DNA from: Thermofilaceae archaeon
Lineage (GTDB): Archaea > Thermoproteota > Thermoprotei > Thermofilales > Thermofilaceae
Length of the DNA stretch: 64,000 nucleotides
Assembly: GCA_038861545.1 (NCBI GenBank)
Contig: JAWCCZ010000002.1
Coordinates: 64,001-128,000 of the forward strand
Reading direction: 5' to 3'
Under the pieces are notes generated by a model. That model was given only the letters and a program-made list of their open reading frames with translations. It was not told the DNA's origin and ran no database searches. How positions within the stretch are numbered: the stretch's first letter is position 1; the number at the start of each line of letters is the position of its first letter. Below, one piece after another: positions 39,435 to 49,688 of the stretch. Position numbers and translations under genes: made by a program.

Positions 39435-40870
39435 CTTGACCTCACCCTGATGTATGCTGTGTAGGAGAGAAGCGGCGCCAGGTAGAACCCATCATAGGGT
39501 TCTACAGGGGTTCTCATGTAGCTCTCGCCTAGCGGCACAACGCGGTAAACACCAAGCAGGTGGAGTTTACCTGTAATCTCCCGAAGCGCTTCCCTGCTAA
39601 CAGCTACGGAAAGTGTTTGAACCCTATCTACGCCTATGTAAGCTGGATTCTTTGGTAAGTTCCTAGCCAACTCCATAGCCTCACCCAGCGACTCTACGAC
39701 TATAATTTCGAGGAACCTCCCCCTAGCGTGGAGTGGGATAATCGCGTTCTGCGGGAGCAAGCCGAGAGCGGATTTCCCCCTGTTGAGTACAACTGTCCAC
39801 GGGTTGCGGGGATCATTACTAGCGTAAACCTTAGCGCCCACGAGCTCTAGGCTCCTGCGTAAAACGAATAAGGGATAGGGGATGCTCTCCATGGTCAGCG
39901 GGTACTCCCTGCCCACTCTGTCGAGCGCCCCGCTAAGGGTGCCAGCGAACTCCAGGGCATCCCCATAGGAGCCGATGAAAGCCGCTTGAGTTGGGCTGCT
40001 GCAGAGCTGCTGCTCATAGAGGATCATTTCGAGCGCGAGCCTCTCTGCAACTTCTTTAGTCGCGTTTTCCGAGTCTATTACCGCGAAACCCGTCATAGGC
40101 CCGTTAACAACGAGCTTCGGGTGATGAGGGTTAAGCGACACAGCGCGGGTTATTACCGTCCTGCCAGGCTCTCCGCCCCAGTAGTTCACCACGCCTAACG
40201 GGGCTTTCTCAAGCATGCCCCGGAAGGTTTCGCTCTCGTGGGTGAAGTAGCTTACTAATAGAGCTTGTCTGATGAAGTTGTCCTCTGGTAGGTTTTCGAG
40301 CTCGCTGTAAACCTCCTTCACTGCCCTGAAGTTTGTCAGAGAGGGTCTAAGAACTGTAAAGTTGCCGATACTCAGCGAAATAGTCGCAGGTATAAGCGGT
40401 GGGATTAGAGAGTTACCTGAACCTATTACAAGAATCGGACCAGCCGGTAAGTTCCTGATGTACTCGCCTGGAACCACCTCTACAGGCTCCTCTAAGCTTT
40501 TCGAGCCGCCTATGAGCGTCGAGTCGAACAGTTTACGTATATTCTGTGGGTTAAGCACCTCCCCTGCGAGCCTCATTTCCAACTCTATCAGCGCTGAGCT
40601 GTAACCTGTAGCTTTGACTAGTTCCTCCTTCACCCAATCCAGCTTCCCAGCTTCAAGCTTCTCCCTCCATACATCTCCGAGAAGCTGTACAACTCTTAAC
40701 CTCTCCATTAAGGGTATGTTTGAGAGATTCTGCTGAAAATTCACGGCTTTGCCGAGTAAAGAGAAGATCCAGTCGTACTTAGGCTCGTAAAAGCTTAAAC
40801 CCTTGATAGCGACAGGGTTCAGATCCCCCTCCCTAACCCCCGGGTATAGGGGCGTAACTCCGCTGCTCAT
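39431..40870 (-). CDS. luxC: LuxC-like acyl-CoA/acyl-protein reductase
   Basis: ALDH-fold motifs IGSGNS, WGGE, YEQQLCSSP; ATGA overlap with luxE stop at 40867-40870. Confidence 0.8.
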   Translation of the reverse strand: MSSGVTPLYPGVREGDLNPVAIKGLSFYEPKYDWIFSLLGKAVNFQQNLSNIPLMERLRVVQLLGDVWREKLEAGKLDWVKEELVKATGYSSALIELEMRLAGEVLNPQNIRKLFDSTLIGGSKSLEEPVEVVPGEYIRNLPAGPILVIGSGNSLIPPLIPATISLSIGNFTVLRPSLTNFRAVKEVYSELENLPEDNFIRQALLVSYFTHESETFRGMLEKAPLGVVNYWGGEPGRTVITRAVSLNPHHPKLVVNGPMTGFAVIDSENATKEVAERLALEMILYEQQLCSSPTQAAFIGSYGDALEFAGTLSGALDRVGREYPLTMESIPYPLFVLRRSLELVGAKVYASNDPRNPWTVVLNRGKSALGLLPQNAIIPLHARGRFLEIIVVESLGEAMELARNLPKNPAYIGVDRVQTLSVAVSREALREITGKLHLLGVYRVVPLGESYMRTPVEPYDGFYLAPLLSYTAYIRVRSS

Positions 40871-42153
40871 CGCACGGCGGCACCTTTGTACATAAGCTCC
40901 TCGAGCGTGCCCCCGCACGCTCTTTGCAAGCTCCACCCCTCCTCCTCTGTCAGCCTTCTGATGTACACGAACTCCCTGCCGTAGTACCGCTCAGATGGAA
41001 CCTGTTTTACCACGTCACCCGGAATGAAGACCTCAAGCCAGGATATAGCTAAGGGGTCAAATATCGCTAAGAGGCCCTCCTTGTTGAACTCGTTCATGGG
41101 TTTGTAGGTCCGTGGGTCAAGCAGGAAAACCTCCTGTAGCGGGTGGGGGATTTTATGCATGACACCATACTTGTCGAGGAGTGCTGTAAGCGTTTCAGTC
41201 ATACCCAGCACGTCCATGAAGGGGACCGGTACCTCATTGCCAGTAGCCGCGTCTTCCGCCCTGAAAACCTTCCTCGCCTCTTTAACGATAACATCGTACT
41301 CCGGGATTTGGAAGCCCTTAGCGCCGCCACCTGTTACTACAACGCCACCTCTCCCCAAATTGATGGGCGGAGCTCCTGTGAGGAGTTTATACAGCGTTTT
41401 TTTGAGCAAGTTTAAACTTCCAAACTGTTCAGCGACGAGGTGAACGCCGGCTGGAGCCGAGAAGAAAAGTTTCGGCTCATCCCTGCTTTTAACGAACTCC
41501 AGTATCCTCTTCCTGTTAGGGACCAACCTTTTCCACGTTGGACCTCCACTGGAGTCCTGGACAAAATCCATGCCGTAAAGCAGTTTTATACCTTTGTACT
41601 GGAGTGCAAGGTCTACGAATGCTACGAAGTTTAGTTGGTTTCTCAGCTCCTCGGCTGCTAGGAAGAGGGCTAAGCCCTCCTTCGGCTTAAGAACGTTGCC
41701 GTAAACGTACTCAAAGAGGTTCGCATTAGCTACGGTCATCGCTACAAGCTCTAACGGGCTTCTGTACACTTTAACGGGATCTTTTCCGCTAGTACCGCTT
41801 GAACGGAACGTAAAACCCTCCTCGTCCCTGCCGGGTAAAAGGAACTTTGTGAGGCCTTCGCCTCTCAGCATATCTGAGGGCACGGCCAGTTTAGCTAGAT
41901 CTTCGAGCTCGGCTGCTTTAGGGTCAACGCCCTGCGTTTCGAGAAGCTTCTCATAAAACTCGCTGTTCCTGATAAAAAACTCCAATCCGCTCCTCAGGAG
42001 ATCCCTCCTAAGCTTTGAAAGGTAATCAGGCGATTTTTCGAAAAGGCCTCTATCTTGAGCCAGTTCTACTAGCTTTTTCACGTGGGGGTCGTTTAAAAAC
42101 TTGCTTTCCTGAGATCTCTGAGCTAATACCTCAAATGAGGGAAGTTTCTCCAT
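40867..42153 (-). CDS. luxE: LuxE-like acyl-protein synthetase
   Basis: FRSSGTSG, TGGGAKG, DVLGMTE, GLLAIFDP, PGDVV, C-terminal RACG. Confidence 0.8.
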   Translation of the reverse strand: MEKLPSFEVLAQRSQESKFLNDPHVKKLVELAQDRGLFEKSPDYLSKLRRDLLRSGLEFFIRNSEFYEKLLETQGVDPKAAELEDLAKLAVPSDMLRGEGLTKFLLPGRDEEGFTFRSSGTSGKDPVKVYRSPLELVAMTVANANLFEYVYGNVLKPKEGLALFLAAEELRNQLNFVAFVDLALQYKGIKLLYGMDFVQDSSGGPTWKRLVPNRKRILEFVKSRDEPKLFFSAPAGVHLVAEQFGSLNLLKKTLYKLLTGAPPINLGRGGVVVTGGGAKGFQIPEYDVIVKEARKVFRAEDAATGNEVPVPFMDVLGMTETLTALLDKYGVMHKIPHPLQEVFLLDPRTYKPMNEFNKEGLLAIFDPLAISWLEVFIPGDVVKQVPSERYYGREFVYIRRLTEEEGWSLQRACGGTLEELMYKGAAVR

Positions 42154-42199
42154 AATGTTCGGGCTTTACTCTTTGGTTAAATAAATTTCGTTTTTTGAG

Positions 42200-42655
42200 A
42201 ATCTTCTTGCTCTAAAGCGGAGGTAAAGGTCCTACTTTTTCAAGCTGAAGATAGCCATCCGCTTTTCAATGCAAGAGCTCAAGGCCAGCTACTTCAAGTT
42301 TCTATGTCGAAGCCCATGTGAAAAGTATTAGTGACGGGTAAGCACCCAATTCCCCCTGGTGAAAAACGCCGAACATGAAGATAATGCATCTCAAAGTGCG
42401 CATTGTATAGCTTAAATCAGAGACTAGATCTCGACAAATAATTAGTTTTACACCTCCTGAAATCCTCGGAGACTCCGATGAGCAGGAAAAGTAGAGCCGC
42501 TGCCGGGCAAGAGTTTGCAAGCATGAAGGCACTAGCGGTGTACCCCTGTTTTCCCTCGGTTTTACCGATCCCTAAGCCTTCGCCCATAGACCGGCTCAGC
42601 CCGAAGGACTTCAGCAATACATTCCGAGACCTTCTTGCTTGCTTTACCCCCACCC
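42200..42655 (-). pseudogene. Degraded ORF of unknown family
   Basis: TATA-like ttaatataa upstream; protein-like pieces in alternating frames (GGKASKKVSECIAEVLRAEPVYGRRL; TASAFMLANSCPAAALLFLLIG; ELGAYPSLILFTWAST*KLEVAGLELL). Confidence 0.3.
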
Positions 42656-42923
42656 GGCAAAAATTATATTAAAACAGAGGGTAAAAGTACCTTGTGTTTC
42701 GTATCGAAAGTTTCGGATAAGTTAAGTATTTTCGGTACAATCGCTTGTATATCGTAATTTTCTTTATTTTTATAAAGGGTATTGGAGCGCTCAAGCTGAC
42801 GGCAGCCGATATCGCAAGTCCATACCGGGCTCTCAACCTTTAACTTTAACGCGAGATTATCTAGTGATAATGCACCTGTAGCATTAGAGCAATTCTATGC
42901 ATATAATATCTAGATAGTATGGC

Positions 42924-42950
42924 TAGATTTTTAAGCTAGCTCTTAATCTA
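42924..42950. promoter_or_regulatory. Imperfect palindrome over the vapBC TATA box
   Basis: TAGATT(TTT)AAG-CTAGCT-CTTAATCTA just before the GTG at 42956. Confidence 0.4.
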
Positions 42951-42955
42951 TACCT

Positions 42956-43198
42956 GTGGCTAAAATCCAAGTCAACCTGAAATTGGAGCAGAAGCTCGTA
43001 GAGGAGGTGGAGAAACTGGTTAGTGAGGGCTATTTTCCGTCAAAAACTGAGGCTTTCACTCAAGCTCTCAAGATGCTTGTCAGAAAGTACAAGGTTGATG
43101 AGATGAAAAGGAAGTTTGATAAAATAAGAGAAGGCACTGAGTCTTTGCCAAGCGTCTCGTTAGCTGTCATTGATTCCCACGAGGAAGAAGATGTTTAG
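42956..43198 (+). CDS. vapB: RHH antitoxin (VapB-like)
   Basis: QVNLKLEQKLVEEVEKLVSEGYFPSKTEAFTQAL; overlaps PIN gene. Confidence 0.85.
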   Translation: MAKIQVNLKLEQKLVEEVEKLVSEGYFPSKTEAFTQALKMLVRKYKVDEMKRKFDKIREGTESLPSVSLAVIDSHEEEDV

Positions 43199-43649
43199 TG
43201 AGTTAATTTTGGACGCCAGTGTGCTTGTGAAGTGGTTTAAGAGAGGAGAGGATTACGAGGAAGAAGCTTTACAGCTATTTGATGATGTGTTAGCCGGTAG
43301 AATAGCAGTGGCTTGCTCTGAGTGGGCTCTCCTCGAGATTTTCCGGGGCCTTCGAAAAGCTGGGTTTCCCTCAGCGAAAATAAGTGAAAGTCATGACGTG
43401 TTAAAGGAGCTTGTAGAACTGGATTATCTAGAGCTTGTTCCAGTTTCCGAGGTTTTAGACCATGCTAGAAAACTTATTATTAATTTAAACCTTTACGCTT
43501 CCGATGCTGTACACCTTGCAACCGCGTTAAAACGTGAGAGAAACCTCGTTAGCGAGGACAGGCATCTCTTACGCAGCGATGTGATTCAATATGCGCAGGA
43601 GCACAGGGTTAAGGTTTTTCGACTCATAGATATAAAGACAATGGATTGA
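43191..43649 (+). CDS. vapC: PIN domain toxin (VapC)
   Basis: ILDASVLVKW, LLE, YASDAVHLATA, LVSED; ATG at 43191. Confidence 0.9.
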   Translation: MFSELILDASVLVKWFKRGEDYEEEALQLFDDVLAGRIAVACSEWALLEIFRGLRKAGFPSAKISESHDVLKELVELDYLELVPVSEVLDHARKLIINLNLYASDAVHLATALKRERNLVSEDRHLLRSDVIQYAQEHRVKVFRLIDIKTMD

Positions 43650-43801
43650 AAGGCTCTAATAGTTCTTACTACAAGGTAACTGCAGATGTTTAGCCTTCTC
43701 AGCTTTTATAACCGGCTTTCCAACTCAATGTACAGTTAATGATCCCGCTTAACGCCGAGTCAAAGCTTATTTAGCAGGCCGCTAATGTTTGCCGAGTTTA
43801 T

Positions 43802-44725
43802 ATGAAGACAGCAGTTGTTAGATCCTATGGTTTGATAGCAGCCGTGGTAACTCCGATGAACGGGAAGTTTGAAATACAATACGAAGAGTTCGAGAAATAT
43901 ATTAAATGGGTCGTGTCGCAGGGAGTGGCTGGAGTGGCGGTAGGAGTTGATACAGGAGAAAGCCAGTTGCTGTACAGGGAAGAGAAACTGGAGCTAGTCC
44001 GTGCTGCGAAGAAAGCGGTAGGCAGCAGCGCGGTTATAGTAGCCGGGTTACAAGTCCACAACACCCTCGAAGCTATAAAGATGGCTGGAGACCTCAGGGG
44101 TGCTGGAGCCGACGCGCTGCTCGTATTCCCACACCCAGCGTTCATTGGAGAGCCCAACGACGATGTAATATATGAGTACCATAAAGCTGTTAACGACGCC
44201 GTCGATATTCCTCTCATTGCATTCAACTTGCAACCAGCGCTCGGCGGTGTAGAGTATAAGCCGGGTGTTCTCAGAAGACTTTCAGGGCTGGAGAACGTGG
44301 CAGCGATAAAGGAAGCATCCTTTGACGCTAGGAAGTTCCTCGACATGGTGCTGGCTGTCGAAAAGCTACCGAGGAAAATTCAAGTGCTCACGGGGAATGA
44401 CAACTTTGTTTACGAGTCGCTCGTCATGGGGGCTGAGGGTGGATTGTTGGGTTTCGGTACAATAGCTGTGAAAGAGCAGGTTGAGATGTTTAACCTGGTT
44501 GAGAAAGAGCGGTATAGAGAAGCTAGGGAGATATGGATGCAGTTGCGGCCGCTGATGGAGGTGGTTTTCGCGCCGCCTGTCCGAAACTACAGGGCTCGCT
44601 TGAAGGAGGCGTTGTGCATGATGGGGATTCTCGAAGCAGCGCATGTACGGCCACCGCTTCTCCCGGTAAGCTCCAGAGAACGTGAGGATCTGAAGCGAGT
44701 GCTCAAGGAGTTGAAAATGGTGTAG
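43802..44725 (+). CDS. DHDPS/NAL family class I aldolase
   Basis: AVVTPM, DTGES, AIKEAS Schiff-base Lys, TGND, VRPPLLP. Confidence 0.88.
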   Translation: MKTAVVRSYGLIAAVVTPMNGKFEIQYEEFEKYIKWVVSQGVAGVAVGVDTGESQLLYREEKLELVRAAKKAVGSSAVIVAGLQVHNTLEAIKMAGDLRGAGADALLVFPHPAFIGEPNDDVIYEYHKAVNDAVDIPLIAFNLQPALGGVEYKPGVLRRLSGLENVAAIKEASFDARKFLDMVLAVEKLPRKIQVLTGNDNFVYESLVMGAEGGLLGFGTIAVKEQVEMFNLVEKERYREAREIWMQLRPLMEVVFAPPVRNYRARLKEALCMMGILEAAHVRPPLLPVSSREREDLKRVLKELKMV

Positions 44726-44747
44726 AAAGGGTCGAGCAGGGGGTTCT

Positions 44748-45953
44748 ATGCTGTCCGCTCAGCTGGATCTTTCCGTAACTGTATTTGGCCGCACAATCCC
44801 CAATCCCCTTATCGTGGCTTCAGGCCCCAACGCTAGGAATGACAACGATATAGTAAGGTGCCTCAGCCGAGGGGCAGCCGGTGTAGTGACTAAGACGATA
44901 ACCTTCGATAGGATGCAGCAGGTGCAACCCAAACCGCGGATGCATATTCTTCTCAAGGACGCGTTCGTAAGCGGAGGCTTTTACTCCTTCTACTCAATAG
45001 ACCTCATGTCCGAGTACCCACCCGAGCAGTGGACCACGATGCTGCGGAGAGCTAGGCTAGAAGCCGAGAAGAAAAAGCTAGAAGGCCTAATTATAGCCAG
45101 TATCGCGGGGAGAAACTATGGGGAGTGGGAACAGCTTACGGAGCTGGTTGCTAGCGCCGAGGTAGATGCAATAGAGACAAACCTTTCATGCCCGCACATC
45201 GAACCGGGCAAGGTGCTTATGGGGAGGGCTGCTGCTACCGATCCGGAGTTGATCAAGGGTATCTTAAGGGTGGTGAAGGACGCGGCGAAAAGCATTCCCG
45301 TTATTGGGAAGATAACTCCTCACGGAGCCAATCCGATTATCATAGCGAAAGCCATGAAGGAGGGGGGTGCGGACGCCGTAGTTTCAACGGCAAGATACCA
45401 GGGATTAATCATAGACGTTGAAACGCTGCAACCCATTGCGTGGGGTGGCTATGGCGGCTACGGTGGGCCTTGGCAATTACCTGTAAGCCTCGCTTGGACG
45501 TCGCAGGTAGCTAGAGAGAACCTTGGAATCCCCATCATAGGCTCAGGGGGTATTTCGAGTGGAGAGGATATAGTCAGGTTCATACTCGTCGGAGCGCACG
45601 CGGTTCAAGCTTGCACGAGCATTCTCCTGCACGGTCCTTCGATTATTGGAAGATTGCTGAACGAGCTGAGGGCTTGGATGGTGAGAAAGGGTTTTACTAG
45701 CTTGAACGAGTTCAGAGGCTTAATGCTGCAGAGGATAAAGAGCTTGGAGCAACTCAACAGAGAGAAAGTATTCCGGGTCGAAGTAAGCACCAACTGCAAG
45801 GCCTGTATGAGATGCGTGGAGGCGTGCCCTTACAAGGCGTTAAAAGCCGAGGGGAAAGCTATTACAGTTGACTGGGAGTGCTGCGATAACTGTGGTCTCT
45901 GCGAGTCAATATGTCCATTCGACGCCATTAAGCTAGCTCCTAGAGGCTGGTAA
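44748..45953 (+). CDS. Dihydropyrimidine dehydrogenase PreA-like FMN enzyme with two 4Fe-4S clusters
   Basis: NPLIVASGP, VTKT, NLSCPH, KITP, GGYGG, GSGGI, VQACT; CKACMRCVEACP and CDNCGLCESICP. Confidence 0.82.
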   Translation: MLSAQLDLSVTVFGRTIPNPLIVASGPNARNDNDIVRCLSRGAAGVVTKTITFDRMQQVQPKPRMHILLKDAFVSGGFYSFYSIDLMSEYPPEQWTTMLRRARLEAEKKKLEGLIIASIAGRNYGEWEQLTELVASAEVDAIETNLSCPHIEPGKVLMGRAAATDPELIKGILRVVKDAAKSIPVIGKITPHGANPIIIAKAMKEGGADAVVSTARYQGLIIDVETLQPIAWGGYGGYGGPWQLPVSLAWTSQVARENLGIPIIGSGGISSGEDIVRFILVGAHAVQACTSILLHGPSIIGRLLNELRAWMVRKGFTSLNEFRGLMLQRIKSLEQLNREKVFRVEVSTNCKACMRCVEACPYKALKAEGKAITVDWECCDNCGLCESICPFDAIKLAPRGW

Positions 45954-46306
45954 GCTAGCTTAAAGCTCAATTAGGATGAATCAGGAAGAATGTAAAACCG
46001 CAGCCCTTTCCCGAACAATTGTTAAATAGGTACTAGCAGCTTCAATCTCCTTCCAGGTAACGTTTCCGGAAACCGTTACTTTTTCCCAAACAGGCTAGAC
46101 TGGAGCTCTTCCCAACCTCAAGCACCTACGCTTCCATACTCTGAGCGCTTGCGTGAGAGATTAGTCCTAAGCGAGTTGACGACGAGCATAGTCAAAGCTT
46201 GCTGCCAGCATTTTGAGTAACTCTCACTCTCGCTACACCAATAAATTATAAAAAAAATATTATGTACACATAATATTATAATGGTTACTTTCCGCCTTTC
46301 TCGCTG

Positions 46307-47287
46307 TTACAGCCATTTTTGGTACTGGGGTCTGGATCCATGAGCTGTCTTCTGTGGCTGTGATGTTGCACCACTGTGCAGGAGCTTATAAGCTGTCAGA
46401 TGCCTTTCAATGTATTGCTGGAAGCTTTCAAAGCCAAGCTCTTTCTGCAGGTCTTCGGTTTTCACATTCTCCACCAAAGGCTCTACGATAAAGAGGGACT
46501 CATCCCCGTATGATTGAACTTTAACTTTGTCGCTGTACCTGCTTGCGATGATGTCCGGTATACTGTAGTTGAAATCGTAGTGGCATACGACGTAGTCTGT
46601 GTTAAGGTCATAATGAATTACATTCACCCAGTAGTCCGTTTGAGCTAGGATGCGTCCGCAGGGGTCTATAATTACTGACTTGTCGGTGCGAACCGATGTA
46701 ACAATATAGTATTTATTGATGCAGGCATAGGCTTGGAGAGGGAAGCCTCCATTGTATGCGGAGACCCAGAACAAGATCTTCACTCCTTTACGACCCAGCT
46801 CGAACCATCCCTCCGGGAAACAGATGTCGAAGCATATCTGGATCCCTACTCGACCTATATCGAGATCGAAGACCGGGTACTCTCTGCCCGATGTTACTCC
46901 ATTCTCGAAGACCGTGTAATCATGCGAGCTAGTTACTGGATGTACTTTGTCGTAGATGCCTACGACCTCTCCATCTCTGCCGATAATAACCGTGGAGTTC
47001 CATACTTTACCCTCCCGCTTAGTTAGCAACGGGCATATGATGTAACAGTTCCCATCGATAGCCTTCCTGGATAAAATTTTAACCGTCGGCCCGTCAAGCT
47101 CCTCTGCAACTTCTTCAGCGTGCTTGTATCTGATGCCGGCTACTGTGAAGGCCTCCGGGAGGCAAACTAAATCTGGTTTCAGCTTCAAACACTGATCGAC
47201 AAGCTTTAGCGCATATCTTCGGTTTTCCTCAATTGTGCCGAAAAACCGGGAAGCAAGGCAGGTGGTAGCTACTCGAGCCCTACCCAT
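46307..47287 (-). CDS. Carbon-nitrogen hydrolase (nitrilase superfamily)
   Basis: LPEAF, YDKVHP, ICFDICFPE triad; C-terminal extension. Confidence 0.88.
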   Translation of the reverse strand: MGRARVATTCLASRFFGTIEENRRYALKLVDQCLKLKPDLVCLPEAFTVAGIRYKHAEEVAEELDGPTVKILSRKAIDGNCYIICPLLTKREGKVWNSTVIIGRDGEVVGIYDKVHPVTSSHDYTVFENGVTSGREYPVFDLDIGRVGIQICFDICFPEGWFELGRKGVKILFWVSAYNGGFPLQAYACINKYYIVTSVRTDKSVIIDPCGRILAQTDYWVNVIHYDLNTDYVVCHYDFNYSIPDIIASRYSDKVKVQSYGDESLFIVEPLVENVKTEDLQKELGFESFQQYIERHLTAYKLLHSGATSQPQKTAHGSRPQYQKWL

Positions 47288-47608
47288 TCAATGCACCATT
47301 ATTTTGATGTGATGCATGCAATTATGGATTGTGGAGTCTAAGCTCTGTAACACATTCTCTCGTATCCAATGATGTTCAAAGTGTTCTACGCTAGCAGTAG
47401 ATAAATAGCCCCTATACCAAAACCATATTGTTAGTTAAAAAGAATATTACTGAGCGCGCGAGGTTTTTATCATCGCTCAGATATTGTAAACGATTATAGG
47501 GTAGCGAGAAGAGCTGAAACTCATACATGAAAATTATGGGTACAATATATTAAACGTAGAGGAGGACAGTATATTCTAGAAAAGCTGGAGCAAACATTCA
47601 GTTTTAAG

Positions 47609-49522
47609 CTAACCTCTAGAGTTGAGGGCTTGAAATCTCCGAGTAAACCTCCTTAAAAATAACGCTGCCAAGGTTGCACTAATTCCAGCAGCCAAGCCGA
47701 GGAATATGTTCCGCGCGCTCCAATTACCTCCCTCTGCTGGCTCCGCCGGTTCGTAGTGTGGATACACCTCCAACTTAATGCTGCTCTCCTCAAGTACTGG
47801 CTTGCCTGTAGTTGACCACGACTCCATTTGAACCTTGACAGGAGTACCTGTAGCAGTAACTGATAGCTTAACGCTCTCCCCGGGTCCAATGTATGGCAAA
47901 TACACTAAATACGAAGTATTATTAAGAGAAACCTGGTAAGCGTAGAAAACGCTCGGCTCTACTATAACGTTTACTGTTGCGTTGACCACCGTTAGCCTGG
48001 TGATTACAGCTGGCTCTTCACCACTATTCTCAACAATAATAGTTGCCGTGTTACCCTCCCCTAAAAGTCGGACTCGAACTTGAAACGTCACCCCCGCTAG
48101 TGGCTGCCAACTCTTATAGCGGGCTACATACTCTTTCGTTAAATCAAGATATTGAAAGCCATGCTCTCTACTCGGCTCGATCTCTGTACCCTCATGCCAC
48201 TCATTCCATGTACAAATAATTATGATGTCAGGCTCGCTGGCGAGTGCGGCTTCCCATGTCTTCCTATAGTAGGCGCCAGCTTCCCTCGATACGTAAGCAC
48301 CAGGTTCACGAATCTTTCTATCATCATAGCCTGGGTTAACAGTAGCGATCCAAAGTTTTCTCAAGCTTTCAGCAGTACCTAGGTCAACATACGACTTGAC
48401 AAGTCTTGATTGTTTCAGATAGGTGCTTATGTGATCCTGAATCCAAATCGGGTTATAGGTGTGTAGACCGTTGAAGACAGTTAAATAAGTTATATCGAAT
48501 ATATCAGCGATATAAAGAGCCTTTATTCCCGTAGCTTTCTCTACACTCTTCAAGATATGGTTCCAGAAGTCTGGAGTTCTACTATATGCTTCGACTGCAT
48601 ATATGAAAATAACAGGCCTTCCCTCGATCTTGAGAAAGACTGGATGTTCAGCGTATTTCCTTAACACATATGAGAGTTCATCTATGATCTGCTCAGCCGT
48701 TAGCTCCCTCGCCGATTCATAATATATTGTCATATTAAAGTGCTCCTCAGCTGCAACGTCTAACATCCGAGCAAAAGCCTCGTCCTCAAACGTTCTTATA
48801 CCCCACCACGAAATAACGAAGCCGTCGATTCCCACCGCTTTTGCCATTTTTATGTGTGAGCGCACAACTCTGGGATCCCATGAATCATAAGGCCCTAAAA
48901 GCGGGTAATCAGTTGAAGATCCTATGCCGGTATATGAGATTCCTCTCCAGTGAAACCATCTACCTGATGCTCCTTGCGGAGTGCCATACCACGGGTAATA
49001 GAACGCGAGAACCAGTCTCGGTACAGCTAGCTCCCTTACCTTGGAAGCCTCAGTAAGTGTTACCCTGGGTAGATGCGAACTTCTTGGATTAAAGCCGCTG
49101 CTACCCGGGACTACACCTGTATTAGTGAACTCCCATACCGTTTTCTCCACGCCTGGGACAAGAACTCGCACAATAGTGTATCCAATGTCGCCTTTCACCA
49201 CTGTTACGTTAACTGTAGCGTCCGTGAACATAAGCCAACCCTTAACTCTCATTCGGACTAGTGTAGCATCATACTGTTTTTTGTTAATGGAGATACTGCC
49301 GCCAGTGGCTGAAACCTTAAGGTCGGGGACGGTTAATCCTTCAATAAGCGAGAAATTATAAGCTGTGAAACCGGTGATAGTTACAGTTGTCCAGTCAGAG
49401 TTTGTCTCGACTTCAACGATGAGGTAATACACAACGTACTCCTGTGCACAAGTGAAGCCACTTACAAACAGTGTAAACAGGATGGCGACTATTACCATTA
49501 AGGTTAAGGTGCCTTGCCTCAT
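47609..49522 (-). CDS. Surface-anchored GH99-like endo-alpha-mannosidase/mannanase
   Basis: Signal peptide; AFYYPWYG, YPLLGPYDS, GIDGFVISWW, PGYDD, WNEWHEGTEIEP; C-terminal TM plus RR tail. Confidence 0.85.
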   Translation of the reverse strand: MRQGTLTLMVIVAILFTLFVSGFTCAQEYVVYYLIVEVETNSDWTTVTITGFTAYNFSLIEGLTVPDLKVSATGGSISINKKQYDATLVRMRVKGWLMFTDATVNVTVVKGDIGYTIVRVLVPGVEKTVWEFTNTGVVPGSSGFNPRSSHLPRVTLTEASKVRELAVPRLVLAFYYPWYGTPQGASGRWFHWRGISYTGIGSSTDYPLLGPYDSWDPRVVRSHIKMAKAVGIDGFVISWWGIRTFEDEAFARMLDVAAEEHFNMTIYYESARELTAEQIIDELSYVLRKYAEHPVFLKIEGRPVIFIYAVEAYSRTPDFWNHILKSVEKATGIKALYIADIFDITYLTVFNGLHTYNPIWIQDHISTYLKQSRLVKSYVDLGTAESLRKLWIATVNPGYDDRKIREPGAYVSREAGAYYRKTWEAALASEPDIIIICTWNEWHEGTEIEPSREHGFQYLDLTKEYVARYKSWQPLAGVTFQVRVRLLGEGNTATIIVENSGEEPAVITRLTVVNATVNVIVEPSVFYAYQVSLNNTSYLVYLPYIGPGESVKLSVTATGTPVKVQMESWSTTGKPVLEESSIKLEVYPHYEPAEPAEGGNWSARNIFLGLAAGISATLAALFLRRFTRRFQALNSRG

Positions 49523-49657
49523 CCTAAGGATATCAATAGTCTACAATAAAAAATTCTTAACGTAATGTTCCTTGATAGATGTTAAAGCCTAATGACTACT
49601 GAATAAATGTTGAGGGAAGCATCACCTGTCGATTGTAAATAAAATGCTTCACACTGC

Positions 49658-49688
49658 GTTTCTAGTAACACTCTTAATTACTAGAAAC
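49658..49688. promoter_or_regulatory. Perfect 11-bp inverted repeat in divergent glycosidase intergenic region
   Basis: GTTTCTAGTAA-N9-TTACTAGAAAC. Confidence 0.45.

Noticed and set aside
40871-40936. Longer luxC N-terminus from the ORF track
   Set aside because: Would overlap luxE by 70 nt; the ATGA overlap at 40867-40870 is a better start
38436-42153. Bioluminescence interpretation of luxCE
   Set aside because: No luxA/luxB in the window; luxCE also occur in non-luminous clusters
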